Below, one piece after another: positions 41,294-52,056 of a DNA stretch of 64,000 nt. Made by a program: the position numbers and the translations under genes. The stretch spans positions 64,001-128,000 of the forward strand of contig CBDBHR010000024.1 in the NCBI GenBank assembly GCA_965205865.1, given 5' to 3'. The DNA comes from a bacterium (GTDB taxonomy: Bacteria; SAR324; NAC60-12). The notes beneath the pieces were generated by a model, which did no database searches, was not told the DNA's origin, and saw nothing but the letters and a program-made list of their open reading frames with translations. Each line of letters starts with the position of its first letter. Within the stretch, counting starts at the first letter, position 1.

Positions 41294-41433
41294 AGAGGGG
41301 AAAGCATGTCATGTTCGTGGCCTGCCAATTGAGAGAAAATTGGTTGCTCGTTCTTATGGATTCAAGGCATAATCAAGGCATGTTAAAATTTGTTTTAGAG
41401 CGATCCGCAAATGTATGAGAGGGAATACCGAGA

Positions 41434-41624
41434 ATGGAAGAAACAATTGAGGTTGATCCGGAAAAGCTGGCAGGTACTCCTTGTTTTAAAGGAACGCGGG
41501 TTCCCATAGAGAATCTATTTGATTACCTTGAAGAAGGTGAAATCGTAGAGGAATTTATTGAGGATTTCCCCCCAATTTCCCATCAGCGGAAGCTAAAGAA
41601 AGAGGAAATGCAGTCAAAGTTTAA
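41434..41624 (+). CDS. DUF433 family protein (putative antitoxin), C-terminus altered and hit by IS1595
   Basis: IEVDPEKLAGTPCFKGTRVPI..LFDYL..G.....F..DFP. Confidence 0.75.
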
Positions 41625-42678
41625 GGCTCTGTTTGCGTTTAGCATTGGTCACCCCAAAGCACAGTTGAGATAGGTCACCGGTGCGATTGAATTTCCCTGT
41701 TTTTCAAGGCATCGCCTCCATCCCAAGTAATTCGGGAGGTATTTTGTTGCAACCCCATTGAATCGACGCATCCAGCCTTTTAAACGGCTGTCATATGCGT
41801 TGACATTTTGAATGTGATAGACCTTGTTAATGACCCTGCTCTCATTGGAGGCGATCAGCCGGACATGCGCGATGTTCTCAGTGTCCGCGAATGCCCAATA
41901 AGATTTGTTCCCGTCCGTGCAAAGGACCGCATCCTGTGCCAAGACAGGCTTGAGCACTTTGGTGATCGAGACTTCGCTGAGGTCTTTCAGCACTTCGTCT
42001 GTCATCTCTCTGTGGCGGTCCCTTACGATCAGAACCGGGATTTGCTCCGCAGACAACCCCCGCTTCGTGGCTTTGCCGCCTCTTTTGCGAGCTGTGCGCC
42101 CCAGGTTCCGCGAACCTTTGAACGACTCCAGGAAGAAGGTCTCGTCGGCCTCGACTATCCCCTTGAGGCTGCTGTCCTTCTTGTCCCTCAACCCATGCAG
42201 GAAACGGTGACGCCACCGGAAACTGGTGGTGTTGTCGATCCCGCATTTTCTGGCCGCCTTGCGGACACTCAGGCCGTCAATCATCGCCTTGGAATACTCC
42301 AGCCACTTCTCCTTTTTCCGCAGGCGCGCCAAGGGAGTCCCAGTGGCTGCGTTGAAGGTCTTCAGGCAGCTTTTACAACGGTAGCGTTGCATCCCATTTG
42401 ATATTCCCCACCTTTGAAATTGAACATGCTTGCAATGAGGACAGTGCCCGCCACCGCTGATGCGCTTCTCAAGTGTCTCTGCGACTGCCTCGCCTTCATC
42501 CTTGACTCGCAAAACATCGGACAGCTTCCTTTTTTGTGCCGGACTCAACCCCTCAAGACGTGAAAGATATTGTTTGAATTCTGTATGATCCATCTCCTTC
42601 TCCTATAAAAAATTTAGCGGTTCAGGAGACAGTATGACAGATGCAAAAAATTTATCAATATTTATCACAAACAGAGCC
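41625..42678 (-). mobile_element. IS1595-family insertion sequence
   Basis: Ends GGCTCTGTTTG / CAAACAGAGCC with 8-bp target duplication AAGTTTAA (41617-41624, 42679-42686). Confidence 0.93.
41649..42593 (-). CDS. IS1595-family transposase
   Basis: CPHC and CKSC zinc ribbon, GIVEADETF, LCTDG, HIQNVN, FNGVATKYL. Confidence 0.95.
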   Translation of the reverse strand: MDHTEFKQYLSRLEGLSPAQKRKLSDVLRVKDEGEAVAETLEKRISGGGHCPHCKHVQFQRWGISNGMQRYRCKSCLKTFNAATGTPLARLRKKEKWLEYSKAMIDGLSVRKAARKCGIDNTTSFRWRHRFLHGLRDKKDSSLKGIVEADETFFLESFKGSRNLGRTARKRGGKATKRGLSAEQIPVLIVRDRHREMTDEVLKDLSEVSITKVLKPVLAQDAVLCTDGNKSYWAFADTENIAHVRLIASNESRVINKVYHIQNVNAYDSRLKGWMRRFNGVATKYLPNYLGWRRCLEKQGNSIAPVTYLNCALG

Positions 42679-42747
42679 AAGTTTAAAGGCCATTAATGTG
42701 ACAACACCGGATTCGGGGAATTTTCAGAAATTGCCATAGAATAAAGG

Positions 42748-43626
42748 TCACAGATTCCAACCCAGTGAAAACACGATGCTGAATATCAGCAGGAATTTAC
42801 CGGTTTCCGCCAGTGTTGTATTGAGAAGCGCACTTTCGGAATAGGTGAACACTGTTTTGATTGGGGGAACTGCAAAGGCCATAGTCAAGATAGCTGATAA
42901 TGCAAAGAGATGTGTTCCCGCGTATAAGTAGAGCAAGATTGGAATGCAAGCCGCCAGGATAAGCAAAATCAGGTATTCGAGTTGGGAAAAACGTTTGCCG
43001 AAACGCACGGCCAAGGTATATTTCCCGGCAGTTCGGTCTTGTTCCATATCCCGCAGATTGTTGACCACTAAAATAGCTGTCGAGATCAACCCTGGGGCCA
43101 AACCTGCAATTAATACGGATAAATCGAGGTTCAAGCCCTGCACGTAATAAGTGCCTGCTACCGCCACGGGTCCAAAGAAAACCAGGACAAAGAGGTCGGC
43201 AAATCCCGTGTAGGCAGTGGCAAAGGGAGTGGCGGTATAAAGCAGTCCTGCAAGGATGCAAATCAAGCCAGTCCAGAATGCCAGCCAGCCTCCACGCCAG
43301 ACCAGGAAAAGTCCAAAGAGAATAGCAAGTCCAAATACCAGTATGAATGCCCGGCGCATGGTTTCCGGCTTGACCAAGCCTGCCTGAGTGGCTCGCAAGG
43401 GGCCGACTCTTTCACTGGTATCCGCACCTTTGAGAAAATCGAAATAATCATTGGCAAAATTGGTGCCAATCTGAATCAAGACGGCCACTACGAGAGCGAC
43501 CAATGCGGATGGCCCATGCCAGAGACCATCTTCAAAAGCCATTGCGCTGCCGATTATCACCGGAGAAACAGAGGCCCACAACGTTTTGGGCCGAGACGCC
43601 AACCACCAAACCTGAACGGGTACCAT
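42748..43626 (-). CDS. menA: 1,4-dihydroxy-2-naphthoate polyprenyltransferase
   Basis: RPKTL, NFANDYFDFLKGAD, NNLRDMEQD..AGKYTLAVRFG. Confidence 0.95.
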   Translation of the reverse strand: MVPVQVWWLASRPKTLWASVSPVIIGSAMAFEDGLWHGPSALVALVVAVLIQIGTNFANDYFDFLKGADTSERVGPLRATQAGLVKPETMRRAFILVFGLAILFGLFLVWRGGWLAFWTGLICILAGLLYTATPFATAYTGFADLFVLVFFGPVAVAGTYYVQGLNLDLSVLIAGLAPGLISTAILVVNNLRDMEQDRTAGKYTLAVRFGKRFSQLEYLILLILAACIPILLYLYAGTHLFALSAILTMAFAVPPIKTVFTYSESALLNTTLAETGKFLLIFSIVFSLGWNL

Positions 43627-43736
43627 TTTTCCTTATGAAGGTTGTTAAGCGCCTCCCGCAAAAATCAAGTTCAAGAGAGTTTGCCAGGAATAGGGTATCG
43701 TCGCTGTCAATTTTTTGAAAACAGGAACTGCTCGGA

Positions 43737-44501
43737 TCAAACCAAAGCGAAGCGCACGCCACAAACCGTCACTTTGTCCTCATAAAGAGGGAATCCACGT
43801 TGTTTGGCTTGGGAGAGTACATAGTCTTTATTGACGACTTTCAGATCAATGCCGCCCAATCCCTCTCCTCTTCCATCGGTAGCTTCCACAAAGCGAATAC
43901 CGGCGTTTTCGAGAGGTAGTATTGGAATTCCGGAATGCTGAATTTGTAATGAAATTTGGGCAACTTCGCTCCAACGCCGTGCCAATTTGATAGGATTTTC
44001 GCTCTGCAGTTCCACCGCCTGGAAGTGGGAGATCACATTGGTACGTTTGGCAGCTCGCCAATTTTTTCCGGCAGGCCACCAGGGACCATCCGGTTGTTCA
44101 AAACCTTCATTCCAGTCGATCTCGAAAATCGCGGCTCCCGTATCCTGAGGATGCAACTGCATACCACGAAATCCCTCATAATCCATTTCGTGCGCGAGGC
44201 GGATTCCCAGGGCTTTGATATGCGCTTTTCGTGGCGGTAAGTCGTCACATTGGGTGATGACCATATATCCTCCATTGCCACCACGCCGTTTCAGGTAGCG
44301 TTCGGCTGCTGTATTTTCTTCAGTCGGGGCCACTATTTCCAGAAAAGAATTGCCTACCGGCAGGATGGTGTTTTCCAAGCCAAAAATTCCCACACCCGGG
44401 TCGACATGTCCGATTTCAAGGCCAAAAATCGCCTTGAGGTCTTCCACGACCGGATTGAGTTCGTAGGCCACCAAACAAATTTGACGAAGTCTTAGTTTCA
44501 T
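43737..44501 (-). CDS. VOC/glyoxalase-like family protein
   Basis: RLRQICLVA, FGLEN, FLEIVAP, GGNGGYMVI, QLHPQD. Confidence 0.75.
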   Translation of the reverse strand: MKLRLRQICLVAYELNPVVEDLKAIFGLEIGHVDPGVGIFGLENTILPVGNSFLEIVAPTEENTAAERYLKRRGGNGGYMVITQCDDLPPRKAHIKALGIRLAHEMDYEGFRGMQLHPQDTGAAIFEIDWNEGFEQPDGPWWPAGKNWRAAKRTNVISHFQAVELQSENPIKLARRWSEVAQISLQIQHSGIPILPLENAGIRFVEATDGRGEGLGGIDLKVVNKDYVLSQAKQRGFPLYEDKVTVCGVRFALV

Positions 44502-44570
44502 AGGACTATTCTCCAGTTCATGCCACTTCTGTTACTGCGCAAACCATTGGAAGCATAGGAATGCGAAAAC

Positions 44571-45056
44571 TCAATTTTGGGATGACTTGCATTCTTGAAC
44601 GACATCTATGTCGAGCAGTGGATTCAACTGCTCCTTGGAATCGAGGACAACTTTCGAGTCATCCGTAAAGACAATATCGATTTTATCGATCACAACGCAA
44701 ACCATTGAAGAGCGAAACCAATCTCCAAGCCACCAGACCCGGTTGTAACGGGCACCCTCTTTCTTATCCATCGGCACGTAGTTACCGCTCAGAATCAACT
44801 GCTTTTCCAAGAGCTTTCTTCCTTTTTTATTATAGATGGAAATGGAAAACCCCACTCTGTAGATTGTCTTCGGTCCGAGGTTGTACCAGAGAAGTTCAAC
44901 TGGGCTGACAAGGCGGGGCTCCAGGCTAATGCTACTGATAAAAATCGGTGCTCCTCTTTCTTGCGCCCGTTTCAGCGTTTCGGAAGTAAAAAAACCTGCG
45001 CACCCTGTTATGATCATCGTCAGTAATAAGATATGATACTTTCCTATTTGCCTCAT
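44571..45056 (-). CDS. Hypothetical lipoprotein
   Basis: GGAGGG RBS; MRQIGKYHILLLTMIITGC lipobox-like end. Confidence 0.6.
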   Translation of the reverse strand: MRQIGKYHILLLTMIITGCAGFFTSETLKRAQERGAPIFISSISLEPRLVSPVELLWYNLGPKTIYRVGFSISIYNKKGRKLLEKQLILSGNYVPMDKKEGARYNRVWWLGDWFRSSMVCVVIDKIDIVFTDDSKVVLDSKEQLNPLLDIDVVQECKSSQN

Positions 45057-45228
45057 CTTCCCTCCTGTAAAAGATTCATTCGCAAGCAAACCTTGAATTA
45101 AACATCCCTGCTAACAATCTTTTCTCCTTGAATGACCTTATCATAGCTCAACAGGGCGCCCCTCACAATGCAGAATATTAAAAACATGATTCTCATTGAT
45201 GAGCAAGATACTTTTTGGCGCCAATACC

Positions 45229-45522
45229 TCAACCCCGGTGTCGAATCGCAACTTGCGGCGCATCTCCCGGAATCGACTTGGGGCACCTTCCTTCAGTGGA
45301 AGTGAAGCGATTCAGCGCTGAAAGGTTTTTGCTCATGATTACTCTTATTTTATTCTTAGGGATCAAACCAAACATCCTTTCGATGATAAGCATCAGTCGA
45401 ATGTTTTGCGGATATTGGGCGAACAAAGCCAATCCGACACGACTTGTCAAGAGTTCACCGGTTGGCTGATTTGCATCAATTATTTGTTTCTTTTTATCCT
45501 GAACTGTTGTATCTTTTTCCAT
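45229..45522 (-). pseudogene. Transposase N-terminal remnant (IS1380-like)
   Basis: LTSRVGLALFAQY...IERMFG resembles the LTSRGGL N-terminal motif; no catalytic domain. Confidence 0.5.
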
Positions 45523-45720
45523 AAAGCTCTCTACCTGTCGGGTTGTATTGGACTTCGTCGTAAAATCAGTGTTGCTCATTGAAATATAACACATTTTTCC
45601 CTCGGTTGAGTGCTTTTTTTTGAATCGCTCAACTCAAGAGAATGTTTGTCAAAATCTCTTCTTGAAAATTTACTCAAATGTCCAAAGTCCAGTTAAAAAC
45701 TGTTTAGAAAGTTAAAAAGA

Positions 45721-47370
45721 ATGAATGGAATTGAATACATCGTAAAAATCTTAAAAGCCGAAGGGGTCGAATCGATGACCTGTTTCCCCGCAAACCCGTT
45801 GATTGAGGCGGCTGCCAAAGAGGAAATTCGACCAATCGCGTTTCGCCACGAACGCGGGGCAGTGATGGCCGCGGATGGCTTCAGTCGTACCAATGATCGA
45901 AAACGATTTGGGGTTGTCGCCATCCAGTCACAGGCGGGCGCGGAAAACTCTATGGGGGGAATAGCCCAGGCTTATGCCGACAATATCCCGATCCTGGTAT
46001 TGCCCGGGGGTATCTCTTTAAGCCAGATTGGGGTCCGTCCAAATTTCCCTGCAGCGCAAAATTACAAAGGATTGGTGAAGCAAGCGGAAGCTATCTATTC
46101 TCCGGATCAAGTGGGCAACGTCATGCGTCGGGCCTTTCATGCGCTGCGTAATGGCGTGCCCGGTCCGGTGGTCGTGGAGTTGACTGCGGATGTTTGCAAT
46201 CGTGAAGTCCCTGTCGACGCTCAGAATTACAAATCTCCCAAAGCTGCGCTCCAGGTCCCTTCCAGCAGTGATATAAAGGATGCGGTACAAGCCTTACTTG
46301 CGGCCAGGAAACCTGTTATTTGGGCGGGGGGAGGCGTCTTGCTCTCGGGCGCATCCGCCGAACTGAAAGAATTGGCAGAATTAACGGGAATCCCGGTATT
46401 TTGCACAATGCCAGGGAAATCAGCTTTCGACGAACGTCATCCATTGGCTTTGGGCGCTGGCTGTGGAACTACGACCTTGCCTGCCCACCAATGGCTTCGG
46501 GAAAGTGATGTCTTGATCGCCCTTGGTTCCAGTTTGACTCGCACTTCTTATGGTCAGCCAGTCCCTCCTGGAAAAATTCTCATTCAAAACACAAACAATC
46601 CTGATGATATCAACAAAGACGAATCCGTAGACATCGGATTGATCGGAGATACCCGCTTGACCCTTCTCTCCCTCATCGAGGAGTTCAAAGCACGAGAAAT
46701 GAAGCCCGATGCGGTCAAAGTGTCACAAATTCAGGCTCAAATCCAGGCTGTCAAGAAGGAGTGGATAAATAAATGGACCCCACACCTCACCTCCGAGGAA
46801 GAACCCCTCAATTATTACCGCATCATCCAAGAAATCGATCAAACGCTGGACAGGGAAAACAGCATTGTCACACACGATGCCGGTGCTCCTCGGGATTGCA
46901 TAGTGCCCTTTTATACGGCCACCACTCCTCATAGTTACATCGGTTGGGGCAAGACAACTCATCTGGGTTTTGGCATCCCGCTGATGATTGGCGCGAAGTT
47001 AGCCCATCCGGACAAGTTCTGTCTCAATATGATGGGCGATGGCGCCTTTGGCATGTCTGGTTTGGATATTGAGACATCAGTGCGCGCCCAGCTTCCCATT
47101 ACCACCGTACTCCTCAATAATAGCGCTATGGCGACTTATGCGGGATTAAAGGTTTTAGACACAGCGCGCGAGCGCTATGGAATCACTCACATGCAGGGGA
47201 ATTATGCCCAGCTTGCAGAAGGTATGGGTGCTGTCGGAATTCGGGTCTCCCATGTAGTGGAGATGGCACCCGCATTGCAGAAAGCCCAACGCTTGAACAA
47301 AGAGGGGCATACGGTCTTGATTGATGTACGCGCCAATGTCGAAGCGCGACGTTCTTTTTTCAAGAGTTGA
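45721..47370 (+). CDS. Thiamine pyrophosphate-requiring enzyme (acetolactate synthase-like)
   Basis: RHERGAVMAADG, PGPVVVE, GDGAFGM...LNN TPP motif. Confidence 0.92.
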   Translation: MNGIEYIVKILKAEGVESMTCFPANPLIEAAAKEEIRPIAFRHERGAVMAADGFSRTNDRKRFGVVAIQSQAGAENSMGGIAQAYADNIPILVLPGGISLSQIGVRPNFPAAQNYKGLVKQAEAIYSPDQVGNVMRRAFHALRNGVPGPVVVELTADVCNREVPVDAQNYKSPKAALQVPSSSDIKDAVQALLAARKPVIWAGGGVLLSGASAELKELAELTGIPVFCTMPGKSAFDERHPLALGAGCGTTTLPAHQWLRESDVLIALGSSLTRTSYGQPVPPGKILIQNTNNPDDINKDESVDIGLIGDTRLTLLSLIEEFKAREMKPDAVKVSQIQAQIQAVKKEWINKWTPHLTSEEEPLNYYRIIQEIDQTLDRENSIVTHDAGAPRDCIVPFYTATTPHSYIGWGKTTHLGFGIPLMIGAKLAHPDKFCLNMMGDGAFGMSGLDIETSVRAQLPITTVLLNNSAMATYAGLKVLDTARERYGITHMQGNYAQLAEGMGAVGIRVSHVVEMAPALQKAQRLNKEGHTVLIDVRANVEARRSFFKS

Positions 47371-47382
47371 TAAGGAAATGCC

Positions 47383-47922
47383 TCACTTGAGTTGATCCTG
47401 AAATTCCTTCTTGAGCTTTTTGACTTTGGGATTGATCACCATGAGGCAATAAGGCTGGTAGGGATTGTTACGAAAATAATTTTGATGATAGTCTTCTGCT
47501 TCATAAAAGGTGGTCAAGGGCGTGATTTCGGTGAAAAGGGGGTCGGGCCATAAACCGGCAGCCGCAGTTTCCTGTTTTGATTGTTCCGCAATCAATTTCT
47601 GTGTTTCATTATGATAAAAAATAGCAGAACGGTATTGAGTGCCGACATCGGGTCCCTGTCGGTTCAATGTGGTTGGGTCATGGGTACGCCAAAAAACATA
47701 TAGGATATCAGCAAACGAAATCACGTCAGGGTCAAAAGAAATTTGTGCGACTTCCGCATGACCCGTGGTTCCGGTGCAGATCTGAGTGTAGGTTGGATTT
47801 TCAGTCACACCGCCTGTATAGCCGGAAACCACGTGTCCCACGCCTTTCAAATTCTGATAAACCGCCTCCACGCACCAAAAACACCCTCCACCCAAAGTGG
47901 TTTTTTCCGGATTAGCAGACAT
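47383..47922 (-). CDS. msrA: Peptide-methionine (S)-S-oxide reductase
   Basis: GGGCFWC, GHAE, HDPTTLNRQG.DVGTQYRS, AEDYHQNY. Confidence 0.98.
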   Translation of the reverse strand: MSANPEKTTLGGGCFWCVEAVYQNLKGVGHVVSGYTGGVTENPTYTQICTGTTGHAEVAQISFDPDVISFADILYVFWRTHDPTTLNRQGPDVGTQYRSAIFYHNETQKLIAEQSKQETAAAGLWPDPLFTEITPLTTFYEAEDYHQNYFRNNPYQPYCLMVINPKVKKLKKEFQDQLK

Positions 47923-47961
47923 AATGATTCCTCATTGGTAATGTGTTTTTTATAGAAATTT

Positions 47962-49116
47962 TCATTTATACGAACGATGGAGCCAGTCTTTCATTCGTTT
48001 TACCGCCTCGAGGATCTCTTCAGTTTGCGCGCAAAAAGAGAAACGCACAGCTCGATGTCCACGGGAGGGATCGAAGTCGATTCCACTGGTGGTAGCAACT
48101 CCGGTTTCCCGCAGCAGATTGTTACAAAAGGTTTTGCTGTCGTTGGTCAGCTTTGAAATGTCCGCATAGATGTAAAACGCCCCATCCGCAGGAGCCAGAC
48201 CCATTCCCATTCCCGGTAATTCATTCAAAAGAATTTCCCGGTTTTTTGTATAACGCGCTACATGGCCCTCTAATTCTTCATGACAATCAAAGGCCGCCAA
48301 AGCGGCCCATTGGGAAAGCGTCTGGGGGGATATGAAAATATTCTGCGCCAGACATTCTATACTGCGTAGAATGTTATCCGGAACAATCATCCAGCCCAAT
48401 CGCCAACCCGTCATGGAAAAATACTTGGAGAAACTGTTGATAACAATTGCTTCTCCAGTATAGGACAATGCGGAAACTGCCGGGGTCCCATACGTGATAC
48501 CGTGGTAGATTTCATCGGAAATAAGACGAATTCCCTGGCTGCGACAATACTGGCAGAGCGCTTCCATTTCGGAATGTCCAATCATCGTCCCGGTTGGATT
48601 GGCAGGACTCGCGACCAAAAGCCCGTCGATTGGCTTTTCCAGTTGTTCGAGCAGAGCAGGTGTCGGCTGGAAGCGGGTTTCAGGTCCTGAGAGAATTTCT
48701 ACCGCTTCCAATCCCAAAGCGCTTATGAGTTTGCTATAGCATGCGTAGCCCGGAGAAACGAAGGCAACCCGGTCTCCCACGTCAAATGTCGCAAGGAAGG
48801 CAAGTAGAAATCCCCCCGAGGAACCGCAAGAGACAACTACACTGGCAGGCGAGAGATGCAGTGAATAACGATCTTGATAGTGGCGGGCAATTCGTTCACG
48901 GAGGGAGTCGATCCCCAATGCGACTGTGTAGCCAATTTTATCACGATCTAAAATGGATCTGGCGGCTGCCAGTACCTTCGCAGGGGCGGGGGTACTCGGT
49001 TGTCCTACTTCCATGTGAATGACGTCATCTCCCAACCTCTCACGTTCTGCAGCGGTCTGCATGACATCCATAACGATAAATGGTGAGATTCGACCGCGTT
49101 TTGACACTTTCAACAT
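47962..49116 (-). CDS. Class I/II PLP-dependent aminotransferase (AspC-like)
   Basis: SPANPTG, SDEIYHG, NSFSKYFSMTGWRLGW. Confidence 0.95.
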   Translation of the reverse strand: MLKVSKRGRISPFIVMDVMQTAAERERLGDDVIHMEVGQPSTPAPAKVLAAARSILDRDKIGYTVALGIDSLRERIARHYQDRYSLHLSPASVVVSCGSSGGFLLAFLATFDVGDRVAFVSPGYACYSKLISALGLEAVEILSGPETRFQPTPALLEQLEKPIDGLLVASPANPTGTMIGHSEMEALCQYCRSQGIRLISDEIYHGITYGTPAVSALSYTGEAIVINSFSKYFSMTGWRLGWMIVPDNILRSIECLAQNIFISPQTLSQWAALAAFDCHEELEGHVARYTKNREILLNELPGMGMGLAPADGAFYIYADISKLTNDSKTFCNNLLRETGVATTSGIDFDPSRGHRAVRFSFCAQTEEILEAVKRMKDWLHRSYK

Positions 49117-49307
49117 GTAGTATTTCCTACGGTGACAACGGTCCAAGTACTTTAGAAATTTGAAGAATCAGCCCTGATAAGCGATAGAGTATCTTTTTGG
49201 GAGAAAAGAGCAAGAGAGGAGTGACCTCGATAAGAAGGGTGGCACTGAAGACTCGAATAAACGTAACCCTTGAGGAAAAGAAAGTGCGTTTCCGCTTTGA
49301 AAACTGA

Positions 49308-49634
49308 TCAGTCCGCACGAATCCAGGAGACTTGTTCTTGCGGGACATGTTTATGAAGTGAATCTTCAGAAACATGAGATGCGGAAAACTCGCATTCTTC
49401 CCAATCCAGATTGATCACATCTGCAGCATCTACGCTGTCCATTTCCTCCAACAATTTGATTTTATTAGCCAGTTCGATGATTTGAATTCCCTGTTTTTTG
49501 CTAATCAGTCGCTGAGCATATACTTGATTACGCAGCCTTTGATTTTCCCTTATTTTGTCTTCTATCATTCTTTCCAGAATTTGTATCAAATTATGGATAA
49601 CATCATTCATCGAACCCATGTGTGGGTGCGTCAT
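49308..49634 (-). CDS. Hypothetical coiled-coil protein
   Basis: AAGGAGA RBS, 108-aa ORF with heptad character. Confidence 0.5.
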   Translation of the reverse strand: MTHPHMGSMNDVIHNLIQILERMIEDKIRENQRLRNQVYAQRLISKKQGIQIIELANKIKLLEEMDSVDAADVINLDWEECEFSASHVSEDSLHKHVPQEQVSWIRAD

Positions 49635-49811
49635 TGTCCGTCTCCTTTTGTTGTTTATGAAATGAGTTACAGCGCCTGAAACGATGGATGCAGAAACGAT
49701 GCCTAACTCGAATCTTGCCTGCCCGAAATCAAAAAAAGAAAGAAATCTCGAGAGGTGTTCGGGGAGTTAAATGCTAAATGTAATGGTTCGTTATTTCTCC
49801 GAAAGGAGATT

Positions 49812-50066
49812 ATAGCGCAACTTCACGGCAGCGCTAAACCAACCATAAAACAATGAGCCGAGGTTCGTCGTCTTCACAAAAAGGATGGTAGTCTAATTCG
49901 CTCTATGGCTGCAGAATTTCAAGTATCCAGGAAAATGATTCAAGAATGGATTCATCGAGAATCCCCTTTGGATAGAGTACTACCAGCCTCTCGTAGAAGA
50001 AGCGTGGTTGATGCGAGCTACCGCCAAGCGATTGTGAATCGCTATGAGTTTGGACTCGTTGTTTAG
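49812..50066 (+). pseudogene. IS481-like transposase N-terminal HTH remnant
   Basis: After AAGGAGA: (ATA)AQLHGSAKPTIKQ*AEVRR...IRSMAAEFQVSRKMIQEWIHR, with mutated start and in-frame stop. Confidence 0.55.
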
Positions 50067-50101
50067 ATCAATATCAACAATTTTAAAACACTACCAGATC
50101 C

Positions 50102-50213
50102 TTAACCAGGTGTCCAAACCATATTTCGAAGCTCACCGAATGTGCGAGGAAGTTTAGTCCAACTGTCACCACCATTTTTGGAGAGGAACAATTCTCCAAA
50201 ATTAGTGTAGCTA
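50102..50213 (-). pseudogene. C-terminal fragment of the IS-interrupted BNR-repeat gene
   Basis: Reads YTNFGELFLSKNGGDSWTKLPRTFGELRNMVWTPG* in frame with 52057-52937 once the IS is removed. Confidence 0.9.
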
Positions 50214-52056
50214 GATCCTAGCCGAAAAGGTATTTTAAGGTATTTTTTAGAATTATATCTTTAAACTTGAGGTTAAAAAGTGCCATAATTCATTGAAATA
50301 ACTGTGAATAACTTCAATATTAAGAATTATGGCACCCAAAATGAAACCATTCATTCGAGCAGAAAAACATCTTTTTTTAAGCGCTCCTGATACAGAATTT
50401 GAAAATTTCTTATCAGAACTTGATCAATTGTCTGAGCGAGAGCCGGAGATATTGGACAAAATTGAACAGGATTTGGAGAAATACGCAAGAAATAAAAAGA
50501 AAGAGCGTTTAGAGGATAAACGATGGCAGGAAGCCCGGAATCCATGGCTTCCTCATCTTCCCGTAGAAGATGAGGAATTGAAGCCGGAAGAACTGAGGCT
50601 GGAAATAGGGTGTCCTCGGATGTCGGCTTTTTTAGTCTACCTTTTTATGATGATTCGGGGATATTTAGGAAGTATCAAATCCCAAACGGCCCAAATATTT
50701 CTTTCAGAGTCAATCACACTGCATCTGCTTCTGCTCAACCGTGGATTGAAAATGCCGGGAGCGAGTACAATCCTTGATAATGTCAATGCTGTCAGCAACG
50801 AGAGCAGACAGTTTATTTTCGATGCTCAAATTCGAATGGTTCTCGATGAAGAGTTGGACGATTTTGATATTTTAAAACTGGATAGCACCTCTGTAAAAGG
50901 AAATACAGCTTGGCCTACTGATTCGTCGATATTGACTCGTCTCGTGGAGCGAAGCTACCATCGAGGGCGTTCCCTTGATACATTTGGAATCGCTGAGATC
51001 AGTGAAAGAAATTTTGATTTCCTCATCAAGGAGATGAATAAGCTCTCTAAGATGATGGCTTTTGAGACAGGTAAAAAGGACAGTAAAACGAAGCGAAAAA
51101 AACATTACAAAACCCTATTGAAGAAAGCTCAAAGCGCTCATGGGAAATTTTTAAAAGAAATGGCAAAGGTGGATATCCGTGCCCAAAAAGCTCTTCTCCC
51201 CCCTTCTCGGAAAACGCGTTTGATTCGCCTCATTGAAATGATGAATGAAGATATTTCTAATTTGCAACGGGTAATCATCTACTGTCATCAAAGAGTTTTT
51301 GAAGAAAAGAAGGTTCCTTCCACTGAGAAAGTATTGAGTCTTTCCGATCAGAGCTCGGCTTATATTCAAAAGGGAGATCGAGAAGCGCTTATCGGATATA
51401 AGCCTCAATTAGGAAGGAGCGGAAATGGTTTTATTTCCGTGTTAATTACTCCGGAGGGCAATGCTGCTGATTCAGGGCAACTCGACCCTGCCCTTGTTGA
51501 ACATTTGCGATGCACCATCACCATTCCCTCTGAAGTGAGCCTTGATGATGGATATGCCAATCAGGCGATCAGAGAAAAGTGGATGGGCAAAGGCGTTAAG
51601 GTTTTTAGTATTAGTGGGGCAAAGGGAAAAAAGATGACCCCGATTGAAGAATGGGAAAGTGAAATCTATTTGGAATCACGAAATGGAAGATCTGCTGCAG
51701 AGTCGTTGATGTTTCATCTTAAGCATCGTTTCCATTTCGGACAAGTTATGCGCAGAGGGATTGAAAACGTTCGGGCAGAGTTGCTGGAAAAAGCATTAAC
51801 CTATAATTTTTGCAAAATGATTGAGTTGAAAAAAAGACAACTCAAACAAGCGGCCTGAATATTCAATGGGGGAGTGTGAAATGTGAGCAGGGGCGAGGAA
51901 AGTATGTCCAAAAAAGATTTTTTCCCTATAAAAACTGTGCTGTGGGCGAATAAAAAACAAAAAAATCGTTTTCTCGTCATATTGAATCAAATAGAGAATC
52001 AAATAGAATCAAATTGGTTACATTTACTATTTTCGAAACCCTTTTCGGCTAGGGTC
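50214..52056 (+). mobile_element. IS element (IS5/ISNCY-like DDE) with 17-bp inverted repeats
   Basis: GATCCTAGCCGAAAAGG / CCTTTTCGGCTAGGGTC; duplicated TAGCTA at 50208-50213 and 52057-52062. Confidence 0.9.
50329..51858 (+). CDS. DDE transposase (IS5/ISNCY-like)
   Basis: LDSTSVKGNTAWPTDS, DDGY, RSAAESLMFHLK; inside inverted repeats. Confidence 0.85.
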   Translation: MAPKMKPFIRAEKHLFLSAPDTEFENFLSELDQLSEREPEILDKIEQDLEKYARNKKKERLEDKRWQEARNPWLPHLPVEDEELKPEELRLEIGCPRMSAFLVYLFMMIRGYLGSIKSQTAQIFLSESITLHLLLLNRGLKMPGASTILDNVNAVSNESRQFIFDAQIRMVLDEELDDFDILKLDSTSVKGNTAWPTDSSILTRLVERSYHRGRSLDTFGIAEISERNFDFLIKEMNKLSKMMAFETGKKDSKTKRKKHYKTLLKKAQSAHGKFLKEMAKVDIRAQKALLPPSRKTRLIRLIEMMNEDISNLQRVIIYCHQRVFEEKKVPSTEKVLSLSDQSSAYIQKGDREALIGYKPQLGRSGNGFISVLITPEGNAADSGQLDPALVEHLRCTITIPSEVSLDDGYANQAIREKWMGKGVKVFSISGAKGKKMTPIEEWESEIYLESRNGRSAAESLMFHLKHRFHFGQVMRRGIENVRAELLEKALTYNFCKMIELKKRQLKQAA

